The notes under the pieces are model-generated. The model worked only from the letters and a program-made list of their open reading frames with translations, made no database searches and had not been told where the DNA came from. Positions 55,131 to 62,035 of a stretch of DNA of 64,000 nt are shown one piece after another. Source of the DNA: Atopobiaceae bacterium (GTDB lineage: Bacteria > Actinomycetota > Coriobacteriia > Coriobacteriales > Atopobiaceae); contig JALCUE010000002.1 of assembly GCA_022655215.1 (NCBI GenBank), positions 424,386 through 488,385 on the forward strand, given 5' to 3'. The translations under genes were made by a program, and so were the position numbers. Position 1 is the first letter of the stretch. Each line of letters begins with the position of its first letter.

Positions 55131-55704
55131 CGTGTCCCGGGCCTCCCGGACCGCCCACGAGCCGCTCCTCGTGGACGGCTACAACGTCATATACGGCGAC
55201 GACCGCTATCTGTCCCTCAGGGACGAGCCCGATGACCGCTCGCTCGACCACGACGTGTTCTTCCGGGCCCGCGAGGCCCTGGTGGGCGACGTCGCCGCGT
55301 TCGCGCAGGGCCGCTATGACGCGACCATCGTCTACGACGGGGCGGGAAACGTCGACCCCGAGCGGCGCGAGTTCAGGCGTGCGGGCGTGAGGATCCTCTT
55401 CAGCCATGCGGGCGAGTCGGCCGACTCCGTCATCGAGGCCATGGCCACCCAGATGCGTCGTGCCGGCCAATCCGTCACCGTGATCAGCTCGGACCTGGGC
55501 ATCCAGTCCACCATCCAGGGTGATGGCGTGACGCGCATCTCGAGCCGCATGCTCATCTCGAACATGGGCACCATGGCCGAGGACGTGCAGCGCGCGACGG
55601 ACGATTCCCCCGTCCCTCGCATGACCGTCGCCGACCGTCTCGACGACGACACCCGAGCCAAGCTCGATGCCCTCCTCGGCAGGAGGCCGCATCCGCACGC
55701 GTGA
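55111..55704 (+). CDS. yacP: NYN-domain / YacP-like (Rae1-like) ribonuclease
   Basis: LLVDGYNVIYGD, ATIVYDG and ILFSHAGESADSVIE. GTG 55111 overlaps rlmB by 20 nt. In-frame GTG 55132 is an equally plausible start. Confidence 0.8.
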   Translation: MPKGTTDVSRASRTAHEPLLVDGYNVIYGDDRYLSLRDEPDDRSLDHDVFFRAREALVGDVAAFAQGRYDATIVYDGAGNVDPERREFRRAGVRILFSHAGESADSVIEAMATQMRRAGQSVTVISSDLGIQSTIQGDGVTRISSRMLISNMGTMAEDVQRATDDSPVPRMTVADRLDDDTRAKLDALLGRRPHPHA

Positions 55705-55738
55705 CGTGGGACGTGCCCTGGGGTACCATTCAGGGGTC

Positions 55739-55814
55739 GCCAGCGTAGCTCAGTTGGCAGAGCAACGGTTTTGTAAACCGTGGGTCGCCGGTTCGAGCCC
55801 GGCCGCTGGCTCCA
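55739..55814 (+). tRNA. tRNA-Thr (anticodon UGU), CCA encoded
   Basis: GCCAGCG TA GCTC AGTTGGCA GAGC A ACGGT TTTGTAA ACCGT GGGTC GCCGG TTCGAGC CCGGC CGCTGGC T CCA. Confidence 0.92.
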
Positions 55815-55824
55815 TCTGGAATCC

Positions 55825-55851
55825 GGGCGGGGGAGCATGTCTCCTCCGCCC
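55825..55851 (+). terminator. Stem-loop after tRNA-Thr(UGU)
   Basis: GGGCGGGGGAG catgt CTCCTCCGCCC, with one G-U pair. Confidence 0.45.
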
Positions 55852-55923
55852 CTTCCGTCCCTGTCGCTCGTCTCAGGTTGTGCAGCTTTCATGGGAGAGC
55901 TACGCCCGGTCGGGTGGTATGCG

Positions 55924-55952
55924 TTGACAACCCCCCGAGTGCGTCGTAACAT
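55924..55952 (+). promoter_or_regulatory. Putative promoter of the tRNA-Tyr/Thr/Met-tuf transcription unit
   Basis: TTGACA (55924-55929), a 17-nt spacer, then TAACAT (55947-55952). It lies about 50 nt upstream of tRNA-Tyr. Confidence 0.5.
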
Positions 55953-56004
55953 TTCCTCCGCTTGCATGGGTCTCGGTCCGTGTCGGCGGCTTGAAAAACG
56001 TGAT

Positions 56005-56088
56005 GGGGATGTGGCACAGCGGCAACTGCGGCGGACTGTAAATCCGCTCCCTCTGGGTTCCTTGGTTCGAGTCCAAGCATCCCCACCA
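56005..56088 (+). tRNA. tRNA-Tyr (anticodon GUA), long variable arm, CCA encoded
   Basis: Acceptor GGGGATG/CATCCCC, anticodon arm GCGGA-CTGTAAA-TCCGC, T-arm CTTGG-TTCGAGT-CCAAG. Confidence 0.92.
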
Positions 56089-56090
56089 TC

Positions 56091-56166
56091 GCCCGTGTAG
56101 CTCAGTCGGTAGAGCACTTCGTTGGTAACGAAGAGGTCACCGGTTCGAATCCGGTCGCGGGCTCCA
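56091..56166 (+). tRNA. tRNA-Thr (anticodon GGU), CCA encoded
   Basis: Acceptor GCCCGTG/CGCGGGC, anticodon arm CTTCG-TTGGTAA-CGAAG, T-arm ACCGG-TTCGAAT-CCGGT. Confidence 0.92.
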
Positions 56167-56176
56167 TTTCAAGCAC

Positions 56177-56253
56177 GGCGGTGTAGCTCAGTTGGTCAGA
56201 GCACGCGGTTCATACCCGCGGCGTCACTGGTTCGAATCCAGTCACCGCTACCA
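56177..56253 (+). tRNA. tRNA with CAU anticodon: elongator tRNA-Met (tRNA-Ile2 not excluded)
   Basis: Acceptor GGCGGTG/CACCGCT and anticodon arm CGCGG-TTCATAC-CCGCG. It lacks the initiator features, namely a 1:72 mismatch and three G-C pairs closing the anticodon stem. Confidence 0.85.
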
Positions 56254-56364
56254 GCCAACCTACGGCCCCGCAAGGGTCGTTGGAAGATAGCACTAGTACG
56301 ACGAGCACTAGTACGTAAGCAAGAGCGAGGCGGCAAGGGGCCGCCCCCGTTAAGGAGGATGGCA

Positions 56365-57555
56365 ATGGCCAAGGAGAAGTTTGAGCGCACCAAGCCGCAT
56401 GTAAACATCGGCACCATCGGTCACGTCGACCACGGCAAGACCACGTTGACGGCGGCCATCACCAAGGTCCTCTCTGAGACCCCCGGCTGCAAGGCCAAGT
56501 TCGAGGCCTTCGAGGACATCGACAAGGCCCCCGAGGAGCGCGAGCGCGGAATCACCATCTCCGTCGCCCACGTCGAGTACGAGACCGAGACGCGTCACTA
56601 CGCGCACGTCGACTGCCCCGGCCACGCCGACTACGTCAAGAACATGATCTCGGGTGCTGCCCAGATGGACGGCGCCATCCTGGTCATCGCCGCCACCGAC
56701 GGCCCCATGGCCCAGACGCGTGAGCACATCCTTCTCGCCCGTCAGGTCGGCGTGCCCTACATCGTCGTCTTCCTGAACAAGTGCGACATGGTCGACGACG
56801 AGGAGCTCATCGACCTCGTCGAGATGGAGACCCGCGACCTTCTCACCGAGTACGACTTCCCCGGAGACGACATCCCCATCATCCGCGGTTCCGCTCTCGG
56901 CGCCCTCAACGGCGAGGAGAAGTGGGTCGAGTCCGTCCGCGACCTCATGAAGGCCGTCGACGAGTACATCCCCACGCCCAAGCGTGACAACGAGAAGCCC
57001 TTCCTCATGGCCATCGAGGACGTCATGACCATCTCCGGTCGTGGCACCGTCGCCACCGGTCGTGTCGAGCGCGGCGAGCTCAAGATCAACGACCCCGTCG
57101 AGATCGTCGGCATCAAGCCGACCCAGACCTCCACGGCCACCGGCATCGAGATGTTCCGCAAGACCATGGACTTCTGCGAGGCCGGCGACAACGTGGGCAT
57201 CCTTCTCCGCGGTCTCAAGCGTGAGGACGTCGAGCGCGGCCAGGTTCTCTGCAAGCCCGGCTCGGTCACCCCGCACACCAAGTTCACCGCCGAGGTCTAT
57301 GTCCTGACCAAGGAGGAGGGCGGCCGTCACACCCCGTTCTTCGACGGCTATCGTCCCCAGTTCTACTTCCGCACGACCGACGTCACCGGCAACATCAAGC
57401 TGCCCGAGGGTGTCGAGATGGCCATGCCTGGCGACCACGTCACCATCGAGGCCGACCTGATTCACCCGATCGCCATGGAGGAGGGCCTGCGCTTCGCTAT
57501 CCGCGAGGGCGGCCACACCGTGGGCGATGGCCGTGTCGCCACGATCATCGAGTAG
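56365..57555 (+). CDS. tuf: Elongation factor Tu
   Basis: [36 protein letters not shown] and NKCD. ATG 56365 lies 6 nt after AAGGAGG. The ORF-track start at 56122 runs through the tRNA genes. Confidence 0.97.
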   Translation: MAKEKFERTKPHVNIGTIGHVDHGKTTLTAAITKVLSETPGCKAKFEAFEDIDKAPEERERGITISVAHVEYETETRHYAHVDCPGHADYVKNMISGAAQMDGAILVIAATDGPMAQTREHILLARQVGVPYIVVFLNKCDMVDDEELIDLVEMETRDLLTEYDFPGDDIPIIRGSALGALNGEEKWVESVRDLMKAVDEYIPTPKRDNEKPFLMAIEDVMTISGRGTVATGRVERGELKINDPVEIVGIKPTQTSTATGIEMFRKTMDFCEAGDNVGILLRGLKREDVERGQVLCKPGSVTPHTKFTAEVYVLTKEEGGRHTPFFDGYRPQFYFRTTDVTGNIKLPEGVEMAMPGDHVTIEADLIHPIAMEEGLRFAIREGGHTVGDGRVATIIE

Positions 57556-57575
57556 CTAGCACCTGGCTTCCGATC

Positions 57576-57610
57576 GAGCCCGGCGTCCCGCGTGGGGCGT
57601 CGGGCTCTTT
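57576..57610 (+). terminator. Intrinsic terminator of tuf
   Basis: GAGCCCGGCGTCCC gcgt GGGGCGTCGGGCTC, with two G-U pairs, followed by TTTGCTTG. Confidence 0.75.
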
Positions 57611-57698
57611 GCTTGTGTGGAGGCGGTGGGCCGCAGGCGCTTCGGGGTCTCGGTTTTCTGCTTCTTTTGTCGAAGGCGCCGCGAGGGGCCTTCGTGAG

Positions 57699-57728
57699 TT
57701 GACAGTAAGAGCCACAGGATGGTAACGT
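57699..57728 (+). promoter_or_regulatory. Putative promoter of rpmG
   Basis: TTGACA (57699-57704), an 18-nt spacer, then TAACGT (57723-57728). The architecture matches the tRNA-Tyr promoter. Confidence 0.45.
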
Positions 57729-57785
57729 ATCCCACCGCGCCGTGGCTGGGATGGTCTCGGCTACGACCTGGTATTGGGAGGATCA

Positions 57786-57935
57786 ATGCGTACTCTGGTA
57801 ACTCTCGCCTGCACCGAGTGCAAGCGTCGCAATTACACCACCACCAAGAACAAGACCAACAACCCCGATCGCATGGAGTTGAAGAAGTACTGCCCTTGGT
57901 GCCACAAGCACACCGTGCACAAGGAGACCCGCTAA
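57786..57935 (+). CDS. rpmG: 50S ribosomal protein L33 (49 aa; below the ORF-track length cutoff)
   Basis: The translation is [49 protein letters not shown], with a CxxC..CxxC zinc knuckle. The RBS GGGAGGA precedes the start. The position before tRNA-Trp-secE-nusG is conserved. Confidence 0.93.
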   Translation: MRTLVTLACTECKRRNYTTTKNKTNNPDRMELKKYCPWCHKHTVHKETR

Positions 57936-57954
57936 ACCCGGGTGCTTCAGTCAC

Positions 57955-58030
57955 AGGCCAGTAGCTCCAATGGTAGAGCGGCGGTCTCCAAAACCGTTTG
58001 TTGAGGGTTCGAATCCTTCCTGGCCTGCCA
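57955..58030 (+). tRNA. tRNA-Trp (anticodon CCA), CCA end encoded
   Basis: Acceptor AGGCCAG/CTGGCCT, anticodon loop CTCCAAA, T-arm GAGGG-TTCGAAT-CCTTC. Confidence 0.92.
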
Positions 58031-58070
58031 GAAACCAACGCCGGTCCTCCCTCACAGGGAGGCCGGTTTC
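58031..58070 (+). terminator. Stem-loop between tRNA-Trp and secE (terminator or processing signal)
   Basis: CCGGTCCTCCCT cac AGGGAGGCCGG with one bulge. It is extended by GAAACC..GGTTTC. Confidence 0.45.
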
Positions 58071-58121
58071 CATGAGTGGGAGAGCTCGAGGAAAGGCTCT
58101 CCATCGGAGGGATTGAGAAGG

Positions 58122-58499
58122 ATGGCGAACAAGGAGCGCAACAAGAGGAGCGCACGCAAGGCCCGCGCGGCCGAACGTGAGGAGCGCGCCGCGGCTGCCG
58201 AGGCGGTCGCCACCGACTCCACCTCCGCGAAGAAGTCCGAGAAGGCTGACATCACGGCCAAGGCCCCTGCCAAGAAGTCCGCTGAGAAGCAGGCCAAGGT
58301 CGGGGTCTTCTCTCGTATGAGGAACTACCTCTCCGACGTCCGCACCGAGATGCACCGCGTGGTGTGGCCGTCCCGTGAGGAGCTCAAGAGCTACTCGCTC
58401 GCCGTCATCGCGATGCTCGTCGTGTTCGGCGTCGCCATCTGGCTCATCGACACCGGTGTCACCGCCACCCTCGTCGGGTACTCCGGACTGAGGGGATAG
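58122..58499 (+). CDS. secE: Preprotein translocase subunit SecE
   Basis: A Lys/Ala-rich N-terminal tail precedes the conserved core YLSDVRTEMHRVVWPSREEL..AVIAMLVVFGVAIWLID. ATG 58122 is preferred over TTG 58113. Confidence 0.9.
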   Translation: MANKERNKRSARKARAAEREERAAAAEAVATDSTSAKKSEKADITAKAPAKKSAEKQAKVGVFSRMRNYLSDVRTEMHRVVWPSREELKSYSLAVIAMLVVFGVAIWLIDTGVTATLVGYSGLRG

Positions 58500-58502
58500 G
58501 CA

Positions 58503-59045
58503 ATGGCAAAGCACTGGTACGTCATCCACACCTACTCGGGTTACGAGAACAAGGTCAAGGCCGACCTCGAGCACCGCATCGAGACCTTCGGGCTCGAGAA
58601 CGCCGTCGTCGACATCAAGATCCCGACCGAGGAGGTCACGGAGGTCAAGGAGGGCGGCAAGAGGGAGACCAAGGAGAGCAAGGTCTTCCCGGGCTACGTC
58701 CTCGTGCGCATGGAGGTCGACGACAACTCGTGGGCCGTCGTGCGCAATACCCCCGGCGTCACCGGCTTCGTGGGCATCGACGGAAAGCCCGCCCCTCTGT
58801 CCCGTGACGAGTTCAACAAGATCATGAGGCGCACCTCCACGCGTGGTCCCGAGGCCCCGCACAGGACCGCCACCGACCTCGAGGTCGGACAGGCCATCCG
58901 CGTCACCTCCGGCCCTCTCGCCGACTTCGACGGTCAGATCTCCGAGCTCATGCCGGAGGCCGGCAAGGTCAAGGTCATGCTCACGATCTTCGGCCGCGAG
59001 ACGCCCGTCGAGCTCACGCTCGATCAGGTGGCGAGCATCAGCTAG
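58503..59045 (+). CDS. nusG: Transcription termination/antitermination factor NusG
   Basis: The NGN domain begins WYVIHTYSGYENKV. The KOW motif is GQAIRVTSGPLADFDGQISEL. Confidence 0.96.
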   Translation: MAKHWYVIHTYSGYENKVKADLEHRIETFGLENAVVDIKIPTEEVTEVKEGGKRETKESKVFPGYVLVRMEVDDNSWAVVRNTPGVTGFVGIDGKPAPLSRDEFNKIMRRTSTRGPEAPHRTATDLEVGQAIRVTSGPLADFDGQISELMPEAGKVKVMLTIFGRETPVELTLDQVASIS

Positions 59046-59157
59046 TCCCAAGCGCGATCACGACCGCGGCGTCACGTTCGGTGAGGAATGCTTCTGTGAC
59101 GGCGCGAACCATAGGCACGAGAGCACATAGGAAACCGAGAGTCAGAAAGGCACCGAC

Positions 59158-59685
59158 ATGGCTCAGAAGAAGGTCGTCAACTTCATCAAGCTCCAGATCC
59201 CGGCAGGCGCCGCGAACCCCGCGCCTCCCGTCGGTCCTGCCCTGGGCGCCGCTCAGGTCAACATCATGCAGTTCTGCCAGGCATTCAATGCGCAGACCAA
59301 GGATCAGTCAGGCGACATCATCCCTGTCGAGATCTCCGTCTACGAGGACCGCTCGTTCGACTTCATCTGCAAGACGCCCCCCGCGGCCCAGCTCATCCTC
59401 AAGGAGCTCAAGATGAAGAGCGGCTCCGCCGTTCCCCAGCGCGACAAGGTCGGCGAGCTCACCGACGAGCAGCTCACCAAGATCGCCGAGATCAAGATGC
59501 CCGACCTCAACGCCAACGACATCGAGGCCGCCAAGAAGGTCGTCGCCGGCACCGCCCGCTCGATGGGCATCACCATCCAGGGCATCCCCTGCAAGCCGCA
59601 GCCTGCCGAGCACATGAGGAAGGCCGCCGCGCCTGCGCCTGCCGCCGCCGCGCCTGCTGCCGCCGACGCGCCCGCAGCCGAGTAG
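59158..59685 (+). CDS. rplK: 50S ribosomal protein L11 with a C-terminal extension of about 33 aa, ending in an Ala/Pro-rich segment
   Basis: The canonical L11 core runs through ..[15 protein letters not shown]. Then follows [33 protein letters not shown]. Confidence 0.95.
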   Translation: MAQKKVVNFIKLQIPAGAANPAPPVGPALGAAQVNIMQFCQAFNAQTKDQSGDIIPVEISVYEDRSFDFICKTPPAAQLILKELKMKSGSAVPQRDKVGELTDEQLTKIAEIKMPDLNANDIEAAKKVVAGTARSMGITIQGIPCKPQPAEHMRKAAAPAPAAAAPAAADAPAAE

Positions 59686-59773
59686 CACCTAGGTTCCGAC
59701 CGACGACCGCTCGGTCGTCGTCAGAGATACGTGGGAGGGCCATGCCGCCCGTTTACCACAAGAGGAGTCCACA

Positions 59774-60481
59774 ATGGCAAAGCACGGAAAGAACTACCGC
59801 AACGCCGAGGCCAAGATCGAGGCCGGCAAGCTCTACGCCCCCAAGGAGGCCATGACCCTCGTCAAGGACAACGCCTCCGCCAAGTTCGACGAGACCGTCG
59901 AGGTCACCTTCCGTCTGGGCATCGACCCTCGTAAGGCCGACCAGAACATCCGCGGCTCCATCTCGCTGCCTCACGGTACCGGCAAGGTCGTCCGCGTCGC
60001 CGTCTTCGCCGAGGGCGAGCAGGCCCGCGCAGCCGAGGAGGCCGGCGCCGACATCGTGGGCTCCGATGACCTCGTCGCCGCGGTCCAGGGCGGCACCATC
60101 GACTTCGACGCCGCCATCGCCACGCCCAACATGATGGCCAAGGTCGGTCGTCTCGGTAAGGTCCTCGGCCCTCGCGGCCTCATGCCCAACCCCAAGCTCG
60201 GCACGGTCACCATGGACGTCGCCAAGATGGTGGGCGAGCTCAAGGCCGGCCGTGTCGAGTATCGCGCCGACCGCTACGGCATCTGCCACGTCCCCATGGG
60301 CCGCGTCTCCTTCGAGCTCTCCGACCTCGTCGAGAACTACGGCTCCCTGCTCACCGAGCTCCTGCGCGTGAAGCCGGCCAGCTCCAAGGGCAAGTACATC
60401 AAGTCCATCTCCCTCTCCTCCACCATGGGCCCTGGCGTCCGCGTCGACCCCTCCAAGGTCCGCGCCCTCATGGAGGACTAG
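59774..60481 (+). CDS. rplA: 50S ribosomal protein L1
   Basis: [25 protein letters not shown] and [14 protein letters not shown]. Confidence 0.96.
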   Translation: MAKHGKNYRNAEAKIEAGKLYAPKEAMTLVKDNASAKFDETVEVTFRLGIDPRKADQNIRGSISLPHGTGKVVRVAVFAEGEQARAAEEAGADIVGSDDLVAAVQGGTIDFDAAIATPNMMAKVGRLGKVLGPRGLMPNPKLGTVTMDVAKMVGELKAGRVEYRADRYGICHVPMGRVSFELSDLVENYGSLLTELLRVKPASSKGKYIKSISLSSTMGPGVRVDPSKVRALMED

Positions 60482-60539
60482 CTCTCAGGCCCTCGGGCGC
60501 ACCCGCCCGTGCCTCGTCTTGACATGCTCCGCGCATGCT

Positions 60540-60770
60540 GGGACAATGCTCCATGCCCGCAAGGGTGGTTCTAAGGTTCAGCACGTCCGCTGCCAGAGAC
60601 AGCCGGTGCCCGAGAGGGCCTAAGGGGATCAGTCCCGCCTGCCGAGGTGGTCTTGGAGATTCGTCTCATCGAGACCCCGCCTGGCTGCCAAGCCCGACGG
60701 GGTCTTTGCTCTTGCGAAGGCCCGCCGTTCCGGCGGCTCGTGCCCGATGCAAGCGCAAGGAGGTGTAACA
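60540..60770 (+). ncRNA. Probable ribosomal protein L10 (rplJ) leader with a terminator-like hairpin
   Basis: The untranslated gap between rplA and rplJ is about 290 nt. The stem GAGACCCCG (60671-60679) pairs with CGGGGTCTT (60698-60706) and is followed by TGCTCTT, about 50 nt upstream of the rplJ RBS. L10-leader attenuators are known in Firmicutes and Actinobacteria. Confidence 0.5.
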
Positions 60771-61292
60771 ATGCCAGCACAGTCAAAGATCGATATGCTC
60801 GACAAGATCAGCGCGTCGCTCGACTCCTCCAAGGGGATGTTCGTGATCGACTACCGCGGCCTTTCCGTCAAGGAGGCCCAGGAGCTCCGTCGTGGCCTGC
60901 GTGCCGCGTCCGCGGAGATGAAGGTCTACAAGAACAACCTCGTGAAGATCGCCCTCGAGAAGGCCGGCAAGCCCGCCATCGACGACATGCTCGTCGGTAC
61001 CACGGCCTGCGTCTTCTATGATGGCGACCCCGTCGAGGCTGCCAAGATCGTCAAGGAGACCTCGAAGAAGCTCAACAAGGTCGAGTTCCTCGGCGGCATC
61101 ACGGGGGACTCCGTCGTCTCCGCCGCCGACGCCATGGCCATCGCCGACCTGCCCAGCCGCGAGGAGCTCCTCGCCAAGCTCGTCGGTACCCTCTCGAACC
61201 CGCTTTCCGGCACCGTCCGTGCCCTCAACGGGATCAACCAGGGCCTGGTCACCGCCCTCGAGGCGGTCGTCGACCAGAAGAACGCCGCCTAA
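60771..61292 (+). CDS. rplJ: 50S ribosomal protein L10
   Basis: FVIDYRGLSVKEAQELRRGLR and KVYKNNL. ATG 60771 lies 7 nt after AAGGAGG. Confidence 0.95.
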   Translation: MPAQSKIDMLDKISASLDSSKGMFVIDYRGLSVKEAQELRRGLRAASAEMKVYKNNLVKIALEKAGKPAIDDMLVGTTACVFYDGDPVEAAKIVKETSKKLNKVEFLGGITGDSVVSAADAMAIADLPSREELLAKLVGTLSNPLSGTVRALNGINQGLVTALEAVVDQKNAA

Positions 61293-61361
61293 GCAGGCGG
61301 AACGAAGGCACGTCAAAAGACCGGGCGCCCGTACGGGAGCCCAGACAAGAAGGAGCATCAC

Positions 61362-61736
61362 ATGGCAGCAACCAAGGAAGACATCATCGAGGCCATCAAG
61401 GCCATGCCCGCCCTCGAGCTCTCCGAGCTCGTCCATGAGCTGGAGGACACCTTCGGCGTGTCCGCCGCCGCCCCCGTCGCCGTCGCCGCCGCCCCTGCGG
61501 CCGGCGCTGCGCCTGCTGAGGAGAAGACGAACTTCGACGTCGTCCTCGAGGGCTTCGGCGAGAACAAGATCGCCGTCATCAAGGTCGTCCGCGAGCTCAC
61601 CCAGCTCGGCCTCAAGGAGGCCAAGGACCTCGTCGAGGGTGCCCCCAAGGCCATCCTCGAGGGTGCCAAGAAGGAGGACGCCGACGCCGCCAAGGAGAAG
61701 CTCGAGGCCGCTGGCGCCGCTGTCACCCTCAAGTAA
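61362..61736 (+). CDS. rplL: 50S ribosomal protein L7/L12
   Basis: N-terminal dimerisation helix, Ala/Pro hinge ([20 protein letters not shown]), and [30 protein letters not shown]. Confidence 0.96.
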   Translation: MAATKEDIIEAIKAMPALELSELVHELEDTFGVSAAAPVAVAAAPAAGAAPAEEKTNFDVVLEGFGENKIAVIKVVRELTQLGLKEAKDLVEGAPKAILEGAKKEDADAAKEKLEAAGAAVTLK

Positions 61737-61785
61737 CCTCGGCATTCGCCGTTAGCTTGAGCCGACCGCCTCTGGTGGTCGAACA

Positions 61786-61822
61786 GGAGGGGACCGACCC
61801 CGAAGACGGGTCGGTCCCCTCC
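61786..61822 (+). terminator. Strong stem-loop after rplL (attenuator/terminator before rpoB)
   Basis: A 15-bp perfect stem: GGAGGGGACCGACCC (61786-61800) pairs with GGGTCGGTCCCCTCC (61808-61822) across a 7-nt loop. Confidence 0.7.
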
Positions 61823-61954
61823 CATCTAGCTGCACAGCTCCTCCACATCTGGCATCGTCGTGATGCCTACCTGGTGGAGGGGTGTGCGTGAGGGCAAAAG
61901 GCTGTAAAAGTCATGGAATCTAGTCGAACGCGACCGCTAAGTCAAGTCTGGTCA

Positions 61955-61983
61955 TTGACGAGCGGTCGTAGCTTCGATAGATT
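61955..61983 (+). promoter_or_regulatory. Putative rpoB-proximal promoter
   Basis: TTGACG (61955-61960), a 17-nt spacer, then TAGATT (61978-61983), in an AT-richer patch. Confidence 0.35.
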
Positions 61984-62035
61984 ACTAGTTTGCGACAACT
62001 GCCGCCTTTCGCCATTTTGAAGGAGGAAATGCCTG

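Noticed and set aside
56177-56253. The tRNA with CAU anticodon as the initiator tRNA-fMet.
   Set aside because: Position 1:72 is a G-U pair rather than the bacterial initiator mismatch. The anticodon stem also lacks the three consecutive G-C pairs, so it is called an elongator. tRNA-Ile2 cannot be excluded from sequence alone.
56122-56364. N-terminal extensions of ORF-track entries. Examples are tuf from 56122, ispF from 51001, catalase to 27353, murE to 25920, HAD to 23974, nagB from 32561, ppx from 6701 and the oxidoreductase from 2723.
   Set aside because: The extensions run through tRNA genes, terminators or the preceding gene, and they are Arg/Pro-rich. Internal starts with good Shine-Dalgarno spacing reproduce the canonical family N-termini.
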